Below are positions 37,127-49,975 of a stretch of 64,000 nt of DNA, piece after piece (positions within the stretch are counted from its first letter, which is position 1; each line of letters opens with the position of its first letter). Source of the stretch: Haliotis rubra (lineage: Eukaryota); contig NW_025765969.1 of assembly GCF_003918875.1 (NCBI RefSeq), forward strand, positions 1,302,001-1,366,000, read 5' to 3'. The position numbers were made by a program, and so were the translations under genes. Under the pieces are notes generated by a model. That model made no database searches, was not told where the DNA came from, and saw only the letters and a program-made list of their open reading frames with translations.

Positions 37127-37407
37127 GTTTGGCTGAATTTGGAAGTTCATTCAGCTCCAGTTTAGGACAAGTGACTGGTTCTATTCGAGGAGATTCTGCT
37201 CATGGAGCCTCCTTCCCATGTCCTGAATGCCACCGAGTGTTCATGAATCATGTTGCCAGAATTTATCATATTGAGACTGTCCATAAGCATCTCATCTTTA
37301 CCTGTGTCTGCGGGAAGGTTTATAAGTATAGGACCGGTCTCAAGAGGCATGAGAAAACGTGCTCAGTGTTTGTGGCATTGAGTCAAGATGGCCGTCTGCT
37401 GACGTGA
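37127..37407 (+). CDS. Gene B variable terminal exon B5, zinc-finger pair
   Basis: Acceptor cttttgttactttcag, phase 1; CPEC...HIETVH...CVC...HEKTC. Confidence 0.85.
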
Positions 37408-37959
37408 CAACAGGAACAATGTTCAGGTTCAACTTCAACTTTTGAGACTTCCATCCTGAAGCTCCTAGCATTTGTTTCAGTTGATATTGGTGTCATCACA
37501 CGTACTATTATGAGCTGAGATTACGAGACTGGGAATTAGCTAGGGTTTTGAATAAGCAGCTTATTTGCAGATTGTCAGTTTAAGTTCGTCCAACTCTGAA
37601 GCAGTACTGTTTCTTCTACGACATGGAGGTATTTCCTTTTGGCAACTTTAGTTCATCCTTCGTCATCTTTAAAACTAGAGTGAGTAGGGTAGCATAGTGG
37701 TTAACGTGTGAGCTTTTCATGTCAAAGACAAAGGTTCTATTCTGGACATGGTTACAAAGCGTGACGTCTAGTTATGGGGTCGACCCTCCATTGTATTGCT
37801 GGACTATTGCTTGAAGCAGCTTTAAAATCATTCTTGGACTTTCGACGTTTTCAACTTCAAATTGGTGCATCATTTGGATATTTTCTGCAGAATAAAGAAT
37901 TGAATTGATATTTTGTCAACATTATTATGATGTCATTGAACCTGGTATAAAACTCCCAT

Positions 37960-38202
37960 TGGTTTTTGATACATTCTTTGAATGGTTGACAAACACAATC
38001 TGGTTTTTGATACATTCTTTGAATGGTTGACAAACACAATCTGGTTTTTGATACATTCTTTGAATGGTTGACAAACACAATCTGGTTTCGATACATTCTT
38101 TGCATGACCGAAGTAAATCACAATCTGGTTTTTGATATATTCTTTGAATGGCTCACAAACACTCTGATTTTGATACATTCTTTGCATGGCTGACAAACAC
38201 AA
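37960..38202. repeat. 41-bp minisatellite, about 6 copies
   Basis: tggtttttgatacattctttgaatggttgacaaacacaatc repeated. Confidence 0.9.
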
Positions 38203-38279
38203 ACCGACACTGTGATTTAAACAGTCTTGTTAAGGGTGTCTGGACTGAAGTGCTATAGATGGCCTTTTTGCTGTTTCAG

Positions 38280-38575
38280 GTATGCATGGTTTTGGTTACA
38301 GTTACTATGACCAACCCGCAAACTCGTTTACACCTGGTCTGGGCAGTGCAGGTGGAGGAACGCATCTGAGCACCTTCCCCTGCCCACAGTGTGATCGCGT
38401 CTTCACAAACTCTCTCACCAGAAGGTTTCATATCGAGACCATTCATGATCAGAGGGAGTTTGCATGTGTGTGTGGAAAGGTTTACAAATACCGTACAGGG
38501 TTACACAGGCACTGGAGGCAGAGCAAGGAGTGTGCACCTTCTTCTAGCGGGGATCCTGGAACTGTCTACTCCTAA
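38280..38575 (+). CDS. Gene B variable terminal exon B6, zinc-finger pair
   Basis: Acceptor tttttgctgtttcag, phase 1; CPQC...HIETIH...CVC...HWRQSKEC. Confidence 0.85.
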
Positions 38576-40492
38576 CCTTGGATGGACAGTGTGCGAAATT
38601 TACGCTGGTCCTGTGGTCCCTGGCTAGTAAAAATGCATCAGGACCACTAAAGTTTGCAGTGGACCTTGTGGCCAGTGAATTTTGTATTGATAGTTCAGTA
38701 AATCTACGAATGTTATTTTGGACCAGTGAAGTACAGACAGGACCACCAATTATTGTCCACTCACTGGTCCTGTGGTCTTGCGGGAAATGTTGAAAGGTTT
38801 CTTTCCCTGATGGAGTGTTTTGTTGCTGCTTGTCTCAGCAATATTCCTTAATGTCATCACAGCAGCTGATAAACGATTGAATCTGGAAAAAACAATACAG
38901 TGAAAAATATCACGGTCAAGGATCCATGCCATTGGGGTGCGATAGGCTGTCGACAATAACTTTACCTGATCAACATATTCATTTAGTCATCTCTAAGGTG
39001 CAGGTTGCTGGGGGGCCAATTTAAATCTGGAATTCCCTTGAGTTAAATTGCTGATCTGAGACAAATCACTGCCAAAGTTTGTGTCAAAACTTTTATTAGT
39101 TTCTCAGTCTGTACCAAAAACGTTTGAGAAAACTACCCTGAGCATTGCTCTTAGCCCCATTTTCAGTAGAACTTCTGACTTTTAGGGCTATTAATGGCAG
39201 TGCTAACTCGTCCGAAAATATTTTGCTCAATTTGGACTTTGGATCAGCGGTCAAAGCCACACACTGTTGTCAGCTTGCTGCTTTTGATGCTTAGCAATTG
39301 ATGTGATGAAATGTCGCTGTGAAGGAGGAAGAGTGCATAGGAGGTTGTTATGAAGCTCCTTCAACAAAATACCCATCTCCAAGGCGTCCAAGGGTGGTGT
39401 TGCTGGTTTCATAATTTTGTTTTTGTTGCTGATCCTATTCAAAATGGGAGAAATGATTCATGCATTCATAATACATTGTTGTGTAGTTTATGCAGGAATC
39501 TTGTACTAAAGCGGGACTTTCAGCCAGACACTGCATGTGTTGTTTGAATGTTTTCGGTCAAGATCTTCTGTGATGAAGTCTTAGATTTTATGAAGTCTTA
39601 GATTTTCTTGTGACCAGGGTAACTGTGGTAGTTAATGAAGTGTATCCCCTACCTTGTGTTTCTCTCTTGGTTATCTCTGGTGCTGTGTGTCCATGTGTTC
39701 TTAGATATTTTCGTCTCAAGTAATTACAATGTTTCAGGGTTTCACATGAGTCATGTATGTTGGACCCAATAGAAGTCTGTTTCAGATGTTCCGCATGATT
39801 TCATCATGAAGTGTTTTAAGCGACATAATGTTTGTGATATCGTCATGGTTACCAATGTCAATATAATCAAATCATGCATTTCTCTGTAAAATAATTATCA
39901 TTGAGTCATGATTTCTAACTATTTCACACAAAAGAAGGTAAAATCCTCAGGTTGTTATGCCATCACCATGTTTGCCCCGGCAAGGTTGCATTTGAAAATA
40001 AAGATGTCGGTATATATTTGTGTTGGTCATACTTTTATTTTTTTATGTACCTATAACGTTATAACAATAAATAATTTCATATCAAAATTTGCCAAATCGG
40101 TATCTGCAGTCTTACATGTGCTGCTCATTTGATGGGTGGATGAAGTTATACGATTCTTTGAAGACAGCCCGATTTTGGACTGTTGTCCAGTCAAAACTGA
40201 ACTTTCCACTCCTTCTGCAGGCATTAGCTATGTCACAGTTGAGTCAGAGACAGTTCTGCTGATTGCTGCAACAATGTGGATGTCTGGCCTGATGTAGAAC
40301 AAAAATATGCAAGAGTACATAATCCTATATGCTTAGGCATGTAAAGAGTTAAAAACAATCCCGTTAAAAAGAAATGAATTGTACAGTCTGAACGTAATTA
40401 CGTGAAAACAAATTGTTTGAGAAATATTTTATCATGCCTTTAAGAAACAAAAGAATATTCTGATGGACTCTTGCATATTTCTGCTGTTTCAG

Positions 40493-41340
40493 GCTGTCAG
40501 GTACACTTTGACACAACGTCAGGTGACCTCCAAACCCACCAATCAGCAACTGTGTTTGATACATCAGGTGACCTATCAACAGGCACGTTACAAAGACAAA
40601 TGACCGTGTTTGAGCCTAAGAAAAGGAAACTGACTGTGAAATCCTTAGAAACAAAGTTCTTAGCCCTGTTGGAGGTGGAGAAGGGACAGCAATCCAAGGC
40701 CCAAATAGCCAGGGAGTTTGGAGTTCCCCCGAACACACTGTCCACGTGGTTAAAACAGGCTGATAGAATCAAAACCGCTTATTTAGAATGCAGCTTCAAC
40801 CCAACTCGTAAACGTCTCCGAAGCGTCCAGTATGAAGATGTTGATGATGCTACTTTACAGTGGTATAGAAATGCTATCATGAATGACTTTCCAGTGTCTG
40901 GTCGTATCCTCTTGGCCAAGACCCAGGAGATTGCTCTACAACGAGGTCATGTAGATTTCAAGGCTTCTCTGGGTTGGTTGGAAAGGTTTAAGTGTAGACA
41001 CGGCATCACTTTTGGGAAGGGGAAGGGAAGACACAAACAGTTCAAATCCATGATTGATGAATATGGGCCAGTGGATTACACAGTTTCGGAAAATAGACAT
41101 GATAATGTTGGAGTGGAGGCGAAAGATGGCGCTGAAGCTGTTGATTACACGAAAGTCGAGACAAATCCAGGTCGTGAAGGTCGTGCAGTGTGTGAAGGAA
41201 ACACAGATGATGATGTTGTAGACTACACCATGTCTGAAACTAAGCTTGATGAGCATGACAATTCGTCAGAAGCTAAACTTTGTAGTCAAGATGGTGAACT
41301 GTTTTCGGATACTAAATATTCAAGTCAGGATGGTGATTGA
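40493..41340 (+). CDS. Gene B variable exon B7: pogo/Tigger/CENP-B-type double HTH, no DDE domain
   Basis: Acceptor ttctgctgtttcag, phase 1; IAREFGVPPNTLSTWLK and FKASLGWLERFKCRHGI motifs; acidic tail then stop. Confidence 0.85.
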
Positions 41341-41777
41341 ATTATAACATGGCTGATTGTGTATCTGAGCTGAGACTTGATGATCCAGAATGTTAATATG
41401 ACAGGTTTATGGAGACCAAATATTTTAGGCAGGTGAATGAAAGAAATTAATCTGTTCTGGGGATGACAATATCTTATCTGAAACAATTATCAAGAAAATG
41501 GACATGACTGTGTGTCTGAAGACTAAACATTAAAACCAGAGCTTTTTGAAATGTGTAATGGATGGATTATGCTGTTTTGGCCAAAATTTGATGATAACGC
41601 GACGCTTTGAGATTTGACATTCAATACAGAAGGGTGATCGGCTTAAATAAATGTGTTGGATCTTGATTCATTGGAAAACAAATAGATTGTAATCATATAT
41701 TATCTTGGTAACTTTAGTCCACTTGTCTTTTGTGTTGATTGACAATGTTGCTAGTCCTTCACATGTGATACGTGCAG

Positions 41778-42187
41778 TGGTGATGGTCCGATTAATTGAA
41801 ATAATCGAAGATTGGTCGCAGTGACAACACGACCAAGCAATCGATCATGTTTTTTCATAATCGAACACAAACAAATCTGGAACACTTGTTTTCATTAACA
41901 GTATTTTTCACTAGGTTTGTTTTGTCTGTTACATTTCATAAGCACTACAAACTCGTTCCAAGTCATGATTGAATTTATCTTAAAGACTCTAAGAAATTTA
42001 TGTTCCTAACATACTAGTCATCCTTTAAAGATGTGAAATTTTGCCCCCAAAGAACTACATGTTTTTTTCCTTATTTTTTGGTACATTAACATTTCATAAA
42101 TGACGCGAACCAATTATTTTTTCGATGATTGATCGGTTGTAATGAACCAATCATCAATTATGAGATTTTAACCAATTCCCAACACTA
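41778..42187. mobile_element. hAT-like MITE (same family as 10057)
   Basis: Shared ends; 8-bp TSD acgtgcag/acctgcag. Confidence 0.65.
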
Positions 42188-42435
42188 ACCTGCAGTAACA
42201 GAGCTTGTAGGCTGTATTGGGACTGTCTAACAAGCATAGCTTGATATTTTACACATTGACACTGTTTACACATTAAGACGGGTCTGATGACCTTGGGCAG
42301 TTAGGTAATCCAGTGGTTAAAGTGTCTCGAAGACATTTCCCCATGGGTGATTGATATGTGAAGCCAGTTTCTTGTGTTAACAACCGTGATATTGCTGGAA
42401 TATTGTGGTACAAAACCATACTTCCTCTGAAAGCT

Positions 42436-42597
42436 GGGGCGGTGGGGTAGCCTAGTGGTTAAAGCGTTCGCTCGTCACGCCGAAGACCCGGGTTTAATCC
42501 CCACATGGGCACAATGTGTGAAGCCAAATTCTGGTGTCCCCCGCTGTGATATTGCTGGAATATTGCTAAAAGGGGCGTAAAACCATACTCACTCACT
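42436..42597 (+). mobile_element. tRNA-derived SINE family 1
   Basis: Full-length copy. Confidence 0.9.
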
Positions 42598-43416
42598 CCT
42601 CTGAAACCTCCATGAAGCTGGATTGTGTAAGTACTGACATCTGTGGACCAATAATGGCACAATGACTATGAACAACTTGTGTGTCCTAAATAATCACTGT
42701 TTTTCTTATGGCACAACAGTTGAAACTGGACATTATTAGCACAAGCATTGAGTTGCACATGATCAAGTTAATGTCTTCATTTCGCTGAGCGATAATTTTT
42801 TCTATACTTTTAAAAGACATAACCTCAGTTTTCACTTGTTAGTGGTACACAATAACAAATGTACCAATTTCAGAGAATAATTTGACAATTAGTGCTTTCA
42901 TTATAGATTCATTATATATATAAAGTGGAAATGTTTTATGGTTTCAATTAAACTTCCAATGTTTTCGTATTGTGTTTGTCCTTTTGAATTCAATGTTATC
43001 TTGAGGGTAGATGGTGTGAGCATTCACTCATGGTGAAGAGGACCAAAGTTTTGATTCCACACCGGGGATGTATTCCAGCGTTAGTGCTTCTAAGGGTTAC
43101 ATTGGTGGTAGGGTAGCCTAATAGTTAGAGCACCTGCTCATCACACTGAAGACCTGGGTTTGATTCCCCACATGGGTACAATGTGTAAAGCCCATTTCTG
43201 GTGTCCCTGCTATGATTTTGCTGGAATATTGCTAAAAAGTGCTTAAAACCAAATTTCCTCACTCACTCACTGAATGTTACAACTACAGGATAATGCTGTA
43301 AAACGTTGCCCCTGCATGTGGTCTGAAAGTCTGGACCCATATGGGGTAAAGGGGTACCCTAGTGGTTAAAAGTCTGCTCTTCACCCTGAAATTCTGATTT
43401 TGATACCCTACAGGGT

Positions 43417-43582
43417 ATAATTGAAGGTCATTTCTGGTGTCCCCCAGCCATAATTGAAGGTCATTCCTGGTGTCCCCCAGCCATAATTGAAGGTCATTTC
43501 TGGTGTCCCCCAGCCATGAATATTTGTTCCCCAGCCATAATTGAAGGTCATGTGCCATAATTGAAGGTCATCCCCAGCCATG
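43417..43582. repeat. 33-bp tandem amplification inside a SINE body
   Basis: ccataattgaaggtcatttctggtgtcccccag units. Confidence 0.8.
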
Positions 43583-44403
43583 ATATTGTTCGAATATTGC
43601 ATGTAAAATCATGCTCACTCGTGACCCAAATGAGAAATCGAACTGAGTGAGTTGAGTTTTATGCCGTGCTCAGCAATATTCCAGCTATATGGCGACGGTC
43701 TGTAAATAATTGAGTCTGGACCAGACAATCAGTGATCAACAGCATGAGCATTGATCTGCGTAATTGGGAACCTGATGACATGTGGCAACCAAGTCAGCGA
43801 GCCTGACCACCCGATCCCGTTAGTCGCCTCTTACGACAAGCATGGGTTACTGAAAATCAGTATTCTAACCCGGACCTTCATTAAGTTCGGTTACATGGAT
43901 CTTCATCCTCTGTTTACGCTTCAGCTGGATCCTGTGGTAGACTGGACATGGCTGTGTGTTATTTATACAACTTCAGCCATTTTAACTTGTTGACATGAAG
44001 CTTTACAAGTCATCTTACAAGTCTAGAATTGTGTGGCTTAACAGTTCACGTGTTTACAGCTTTGTGTGATCTTTAGAACTTTGGAGTCAACTAACCTCAA
44101 CATATTTCATTACATCATTTTGGGTAGGTTTGAATGTAATTATGTGGTTTATTTGAGGAGCTGACTAGACCAAACAAACTTTTGTGAAATGAGGCTTTGA
44201 AGTTTTGGGCAAAATTATTTACTGTCATGTTAAAGAGTTACTTGTGATCCTTGCAGAATTTGGGAAACCATAACACACTTTGACCCACAAATGTTGCATA
44301 ATTTTGGTAATTTAAGTAGAAGGCTTCTGAAACTTCGAAATTTTGGTACCTAATTTCCAGATACTGGCCATCAAAAATGAGATTTCCTTTTTGTTACTTT
44401 CAG

Positions 44404-44771
44404 GAAACTTGTGGTCTTTCGGTAGAGATCATCATATGGCTGTCAATGCAGACATTACAAGACATGAACAGACCTCAGACAATAGACCTTATCAAAGATC
44501 AAACCAAAGTATAGCAGAATATGGTTCATTGGTTTTCCCAAATGCTGCTGTGTTTCAAGTTCATGACCTTCAGAGAAAGTCTCTGACGCGGAAGGGGGAA
44601 TGGCCTTGTCCAGAATGCGGGAAAGTGTTTGCCAATTCTGGGACCAGGACCAATCATATGAATGCAGTTCACAATCGTAGAACATTTGCGTGTGAATGTG
44701 GGAAAGAGTACAAGTACCGGACAGGGTTGAGGGTTCACAAGAAAACCTGTGTATCTATTCTCAGGGAGTAG
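44404..44771 (+). CDS. Gene B variable terminal exon B8, zinc-finger pair
   Basis: Acceptor tttttgttactttcag, phase 1; CPEC...HMNAVH...CEC...HKKTC. Confidence 0.85.
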
Positions 44772-45087
44772 TTAGGTGGTCGACTTAACAGGTGCTTGCA
44801 TCAGTTTGATGTCAAGTTCTTGTCTTGATCTCATGAAGCCTCAGTCTTTTTCTGTGCTAAATTGAACCATTCCATGTTTTGAAGTTCCACACAATGTCAC
44901 CTGGAAAACAAATGTGTGCAACCCAATTGTCAAGAGTTGTTATCAATTTTCAGGAGGTGATAAATGAGACTTTATTGAATATTGGGAAATTGACATCCTT
45001 TTGTGCTCATTCTTTGTATTTGGGTCAAATGAGTCTGTCAGTCTACCATTTTGTTGACAGATTTGTAAATAGTTTCCTAAGCCTAAG

Positions 45088-45418
45088 AGACTGCCTCCGT
45101 GGTGTAGTGGTTAGAGCGTCTGCCCGGAGAGTGGAAGGTCGCTGGTTCGATCCCGGACCGCGTCATACCAAAAGACTTTAACATTTGGTACTTGTTGGTC
45201 CCTGTCTGGCGCTCGGCATTAATGGGTACAATAAGGACTGGTTGGCTCGGAGTCAGTATAATGTGTCTGAGTGGGGTGTTCATGCTTCACTGCGGCATGG
45301 TATCTCAGTGGGCTAGCACTATAAAACCAGCTTAAGTCTGGGCTAGTGTGTGAGATTAACAAGCAGCTGTGCTGCATATGAGCCATATGAGCTCAAAATA
45401 TTTCACCTCACCTCACCT
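45088..45418 (+). mobile_element. tRNA-derived SINE family 3 (degenerate copy near 62540-62810)
   Basis: A box ggtgtagtgg, B box ggttcgatccc, (cacct)n tail, TSD cctaagcctaag. Confidence 0.8.
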
Positions 45419-47136
45419 CCTAAGCCTAAGTGTGTGAGATTAACAAGAATAAATATATTAATTTTTTGTCAGCAGTCTGTTTTGATGATCATATGATTTC
45501 GAAATAAAGTGTCACAAGTACTTTGTATTTCCCTGAAATTTTTAGTTGTGGATCCCTCATCCGGAATTGTTGGTGCTTCTCCATATCCTCCGGATGTTTA
45601 CCAGCAGAGCTCCAGATGATTTTTCGAGTCATTTAGTATGTTTTCATTTTTATTGGATATCATAATTTTGTCATTAGTAGCCAAATATATTCTAATTAAT
45701 TTAACTCGATATGTATTTTTTTAGAACTTCAGAGAATGTACTTTATGATCAGGACAAAGATGTCTGGTTGATGAGTCATGTTCAGTGCAGCTGACAACAT
45801 TTCTCCAGTTACTTCAGCCGTCACAGGATGAATAGAAACGCACCAGTGCTGCGGAAATATGTCACAATGACATCAGTGATTGTCGGCTTGTCATTGTATA
45901 CCAGGATTGAAACTGCATCAATCTGTTACCAGATGCCTCTGCTCATGTTACCGACCAGTGAAGAAAATGCAAAACGACCTGAAAACAAAATGTTATGCAA
46001 TGCATTTATGTCAGTAACAACTCTTAATTTGACAAACAGAGAGACAAATACAGCCGGCTATTAAATCCTCAAAATCTGAATGTTATTTGTCACTTAAAAG
46101 GCCCAGACATGTTGATTTCGTAAAGGTTTGACACTTACAACACAAGCTACAGTTCATGGACATTTAACTATCCTTCTCTTGAACTGAAGCCATGGAAACT
46201 TCTTATCGCATTCATTTTACTGACACCGCTGTGTTGCCTCTTCTCTCTGAACACATTTACAAGAATACTGTTCAAAATACTAATGACAAACCAGTCAGCT
46301 ACACCTTAAAATAATGTCGAAAATATATTCCACTATTTGTCAGGGACAGTGGGTGAGCCTTTTGGATAAGGCATTCACTCGTCACGCCATAGACTTGGGT
46401 TTGATTCCCCACATAGGTACAACGCGTGAAACCCGTTTCTGATGTCCCCCACCATGATATTGATGGAATATTGCTAAAAGAGTCGTAAAACCATACTCTC
46501 CTCACTATTTGTCTAGATTCAAGTTTTGCATGTTCATGTATGCAAACAGCGTGATGTTTTGTGCTGCACAGCTCTTTTTCCATGCTGTTTACGTGCCGAC
46601 GTCATTGTCACACAAGGCACCAACAGGAAATCATGTGACCAGCATTTTTGAACTCGTAACAGCAAAACTTAATCGACAACAAAAGTCATAGTGTCTTATG
46701 CTGCGCAGGAGTTGTAGCTGTCAATCATTGTTTTCTTTGGAGTACATTCAGTACTGGATTTATTCCTTGTAATGGCAAGCTCAAAGAAGAATATGCTGGA
46801 CCAATTCTAATCCCATCCATCTGTCTCCTCGATTTGCTGGTGGGGTAGCCTTGTGGTTAAAGTGTTTGCTCATCATGCCAAAGATCCGGGTTTGATTCCC
46901 CACATGGGTACAATGTGTGAAGCCAATTCTGGTGTCCCCCGCTTTGATATTGCTGGAATATTGTTAAAAGCGGCTTAAAACTAAACTCAGTCTATCCTTG
47001 ATTTGCTAAAACATGGACCCTGATATACGACACAGAATTTTGACGTCTTGAAGATGCAGTGATTTTTTTAAACAGTTTCTATTTTTTTACATGAACATCT
47101 AACAGAGATACAAGTTCCAATCTTTGTTCCTTTCAG

Positions 47137-47432
47137 ATGATGAGACATGTGTCTATAACACAGGCAGTGTGACAGGTGCTTGTGTCAACCTGAACTCCTT
47201 CGACCTTAGTGCAGCAGAGGCCTATGTCCGCTCCTTCCCATGTGATGAATGTGGGAAGGTGTTCAGTCGGTCTGACAATCGGACAGCCCACAAGGAGGCT
47301 ATACATGGCAAAACCACCTTCTCTTGTGTCTGTGGGAAGACTTACAAATACCGAAGTGGTTTCCGCCAGCACAGGCTGAAGTGCGTTGAAGGATTTCGAT
47401 CTGACCCTATCAAACACACTGTTGATAAGTAA
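47137..47432 (+). CDS. Gene B variable terminal exon B9, zinc-finger pair
   Basis: Acceptor tctttgttcctttcag, phase 1; CDEC...HKEAIH...CVC...HRLKC. Confidence 0.85.
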
Positions 47433-48925
47433 AATGGTTTTGGGTGATCGATGACATCTTCGCTAACGTTTTCACTCTTGGAAGATATGGGAGAGGCCCA
47501 GGTTATTACGGAATAACAGACCTGGAACGGGAGACATTCTGTGTAATGAAAGACTTGATCCGATTCTAGTTGTTGATGAAATTGGTTTTCATTTCATGTT
47601 CATGTGTGGAGGACTGGTATTACTTACGAGTTAGACAACAGCGGTTGTTTGATGTTATGAGTGATGATCTTATCAGTTTAGATGTGATGGCATGTATTGA
47701 CCAAGCCACCTGACCTGACCACCTGACCTGACCTGACCTGACCACCTGGTTCCATGAGTGGCCACTTTACACCAGCATGGTTATTACTACAGCTTGTTCA
47801 GCTTGACCTGATCAAGTGAATACTAATGCATTGCGTGACCATGTCACAACTGGTTGGGTCCATTATTGTGAAGGGGTGCACCTTTGTCTGTTCATTGTCA
47901 ACAGTCGAGACAAGGTCGCCATTTGACAACTCAGTGTCGAGAAATCGTCAGCAATGTCCTAACTTTCTTTAAAAAGGAAGCTAGAGATGGTTTAATGTTT
48001 CCTATTCAGGCTTTTAGGCATTAATAACATTCTCTGCTCCCCTTTTTAGTGAAGTTAACGTGACCTGCCGTTTGTGCCAATTGACCTGAGTCATGCATAT
48101 GTAGAGTAGCTCAGGTCAAGCTGAACATGCTGTACATGTAGTTTGGGCGGTTGGGTAACCTAGTGTTAAAGCCCTAAATTGTCACACCAAAGTCCTGGGT
48201 TCGAGTCCCAAGGGTACATTGTGTGTAACGCATTTCTTTTGTCCCCTGCCGATATACATCTTGAAGATTGCTACAAGCATGGTAAACTAATCCAAATGGG
48301 TTGATATGTACTGCTGATGGTAATTAAGTGCTTGGAAGAAGTGCAAGTCCACTTTCATTATTTTATAATCATGACCTGCTGTACAACTGAGTATACGGTT
48401 TGTGTCTTCTGACTGGTATGTTTGGATAGTGATGAAAAGATGATGATCCACTGGGTGTGGAAAACAGTTTTAAAATTTGATAAGAAAATGTAGGCATTCA
48501 GAGGATCAATTTGGGACCACAGACTACTTTATTGGATTGATACGGAATTTATACCCCGTATTGTTGGTTTTAGGAAAAGAGGCAACAGTTGATGTGAAAG
48601 GAGTTACATGTTAACAGTACCCATTGCAATAGTGTTCTGAAATTGGAAGGGAATTTTTTTTTGACTCGTTATCATGTGAGATCACAAACAATAAACCTGG
48701 CTGATAAAATGTATTTTTTAGAAAGAAACATAGCCAGATGGAAAGGCAGTTGAGGAAATTTTTTCTACCCAAGATCATTGATAAAATTACATTTCTTACT
48801 TTCAGAATTTGTATTGTAAGCTGTTTTCAATGCTTGCTATTGTTCATTAATACAATTTGATTCTGGAAATAAAAGCGTTTGTCACAGATCACAGAAGAGT
48901 ACTTTTGGGTTTCTTTTGTTTTCAG

Positions 48926-49248
48926 GTGCTGGATCTTTGCATGGTATAAACACTGATTTGGCAGAAATAACTGGTCATCACATGGTCCTTGAAGGACTAG
49001 AAACTGCAGCAGTAGACATTAATGATCCCGCTCTGTCCTTTCAGTACGATCTCCATAAGAACAGGTCTTGTACATGTAATGTTTGTGGCAAAGTTTTCAC
49101 TCGTCAGGACACTCTGAAAGGTCACATGGACTCCGTACATAACGACACTACGTATACGTGCATGTGTGGGAATATCTACAAGTACCGCAGTTCCTTCAGA
49201 AGGCACAGGCTTGTCTGCCAGAGAGGCTACTGCACAGATCCTTTGTAG
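48926..49248 (+). CDS. Gene B variable terminal exon B10, zinc-finger pair
   Basis: Acceptor ttcttttgttttcag, phase 1; CNVC...HMDSVH...CMC...HRLVC. Confidence 0.85.
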
Positions 49249-49345
49249 GACTGAAGTATTTAATTACACACTGTTTGGACTGAGTTAGGTAGGCAGGTTA
49301 TGAATGAGACTTGAACTGATGTTTTTGTTACTTCATCTGTAGTTT

Positions 49346-49975
49346 CATTGCTTAATGGTATCATTATCGTTTATTCATATTATGGTATCATTGCTTCATG
49401 GTGTGGTATCATTGTTTCGGATCATTGTTTCATGGTTTCGGATCATTGTTTCATGGTGTGGTGTCAATGCTATACCGTACAATGTTATTGCTTCATGGTA
49501 TGGTATTGTATCATTGCTTCATGGCATGGTATCATTGCTTCATTGTATGATATCATTGCTTCACTGTATGATATAGCTGTCTTTGCCTCATGGCATGATA
49601 TCATTGCTTCATTGTATGATATCGTATGATATGATAGCTGTCATTGCCTCATGGTATGATATCATTGCTTAGTTGTATGGTATCATTGCTTCATGGTAGG
49701 CTGTCATGTATGGTATGGTATCATTGCTTAGTTGTATGATATCGTTGCTTCATTGTATGATGTCATAGTTTAGTTGTATGGTATCAATGCTTCATGGTAG
49801 GCTGTCATGTATGGTATGGTATCATTGCTTAGTTGTATGATATCGTTGCTTCATTGTATGATGTCATTGTTTAGTTGTATGGTATCATTGCTTCATGGTA
49901 GGCTTTCATTGCCTTAATGAACGATATGGCCTCATGGTACGGTATCATTGCTTTAGCAGGCTGTATCATATCGTT
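49346..49975. repeat. About 20-nt degenerate minisatellite
   Basis: tatggtatcattgcttcatgg-like units. Confidence 0.85.

Noticed and set aside
37960-38202. CRISPR-like regular repeats (also 22588-22870, 43417-43582)
   Set aside because: Contiguous tandem units without unique spacers, in eukaryotic DNA with no cas genes.
38274-38286. Recursive splicing (AG|GT ratchet points) as the mechanism
   Set aside because: Only B6 (cag|gtatgc) resembles a donor; other GT starts are just split Gly codons with poor donor consensus.
40471-41340. Autonomous Tigger transposon
   Set aside because: No DDE catalytic domain and no TIRs; reads as a spliced terminal exon.
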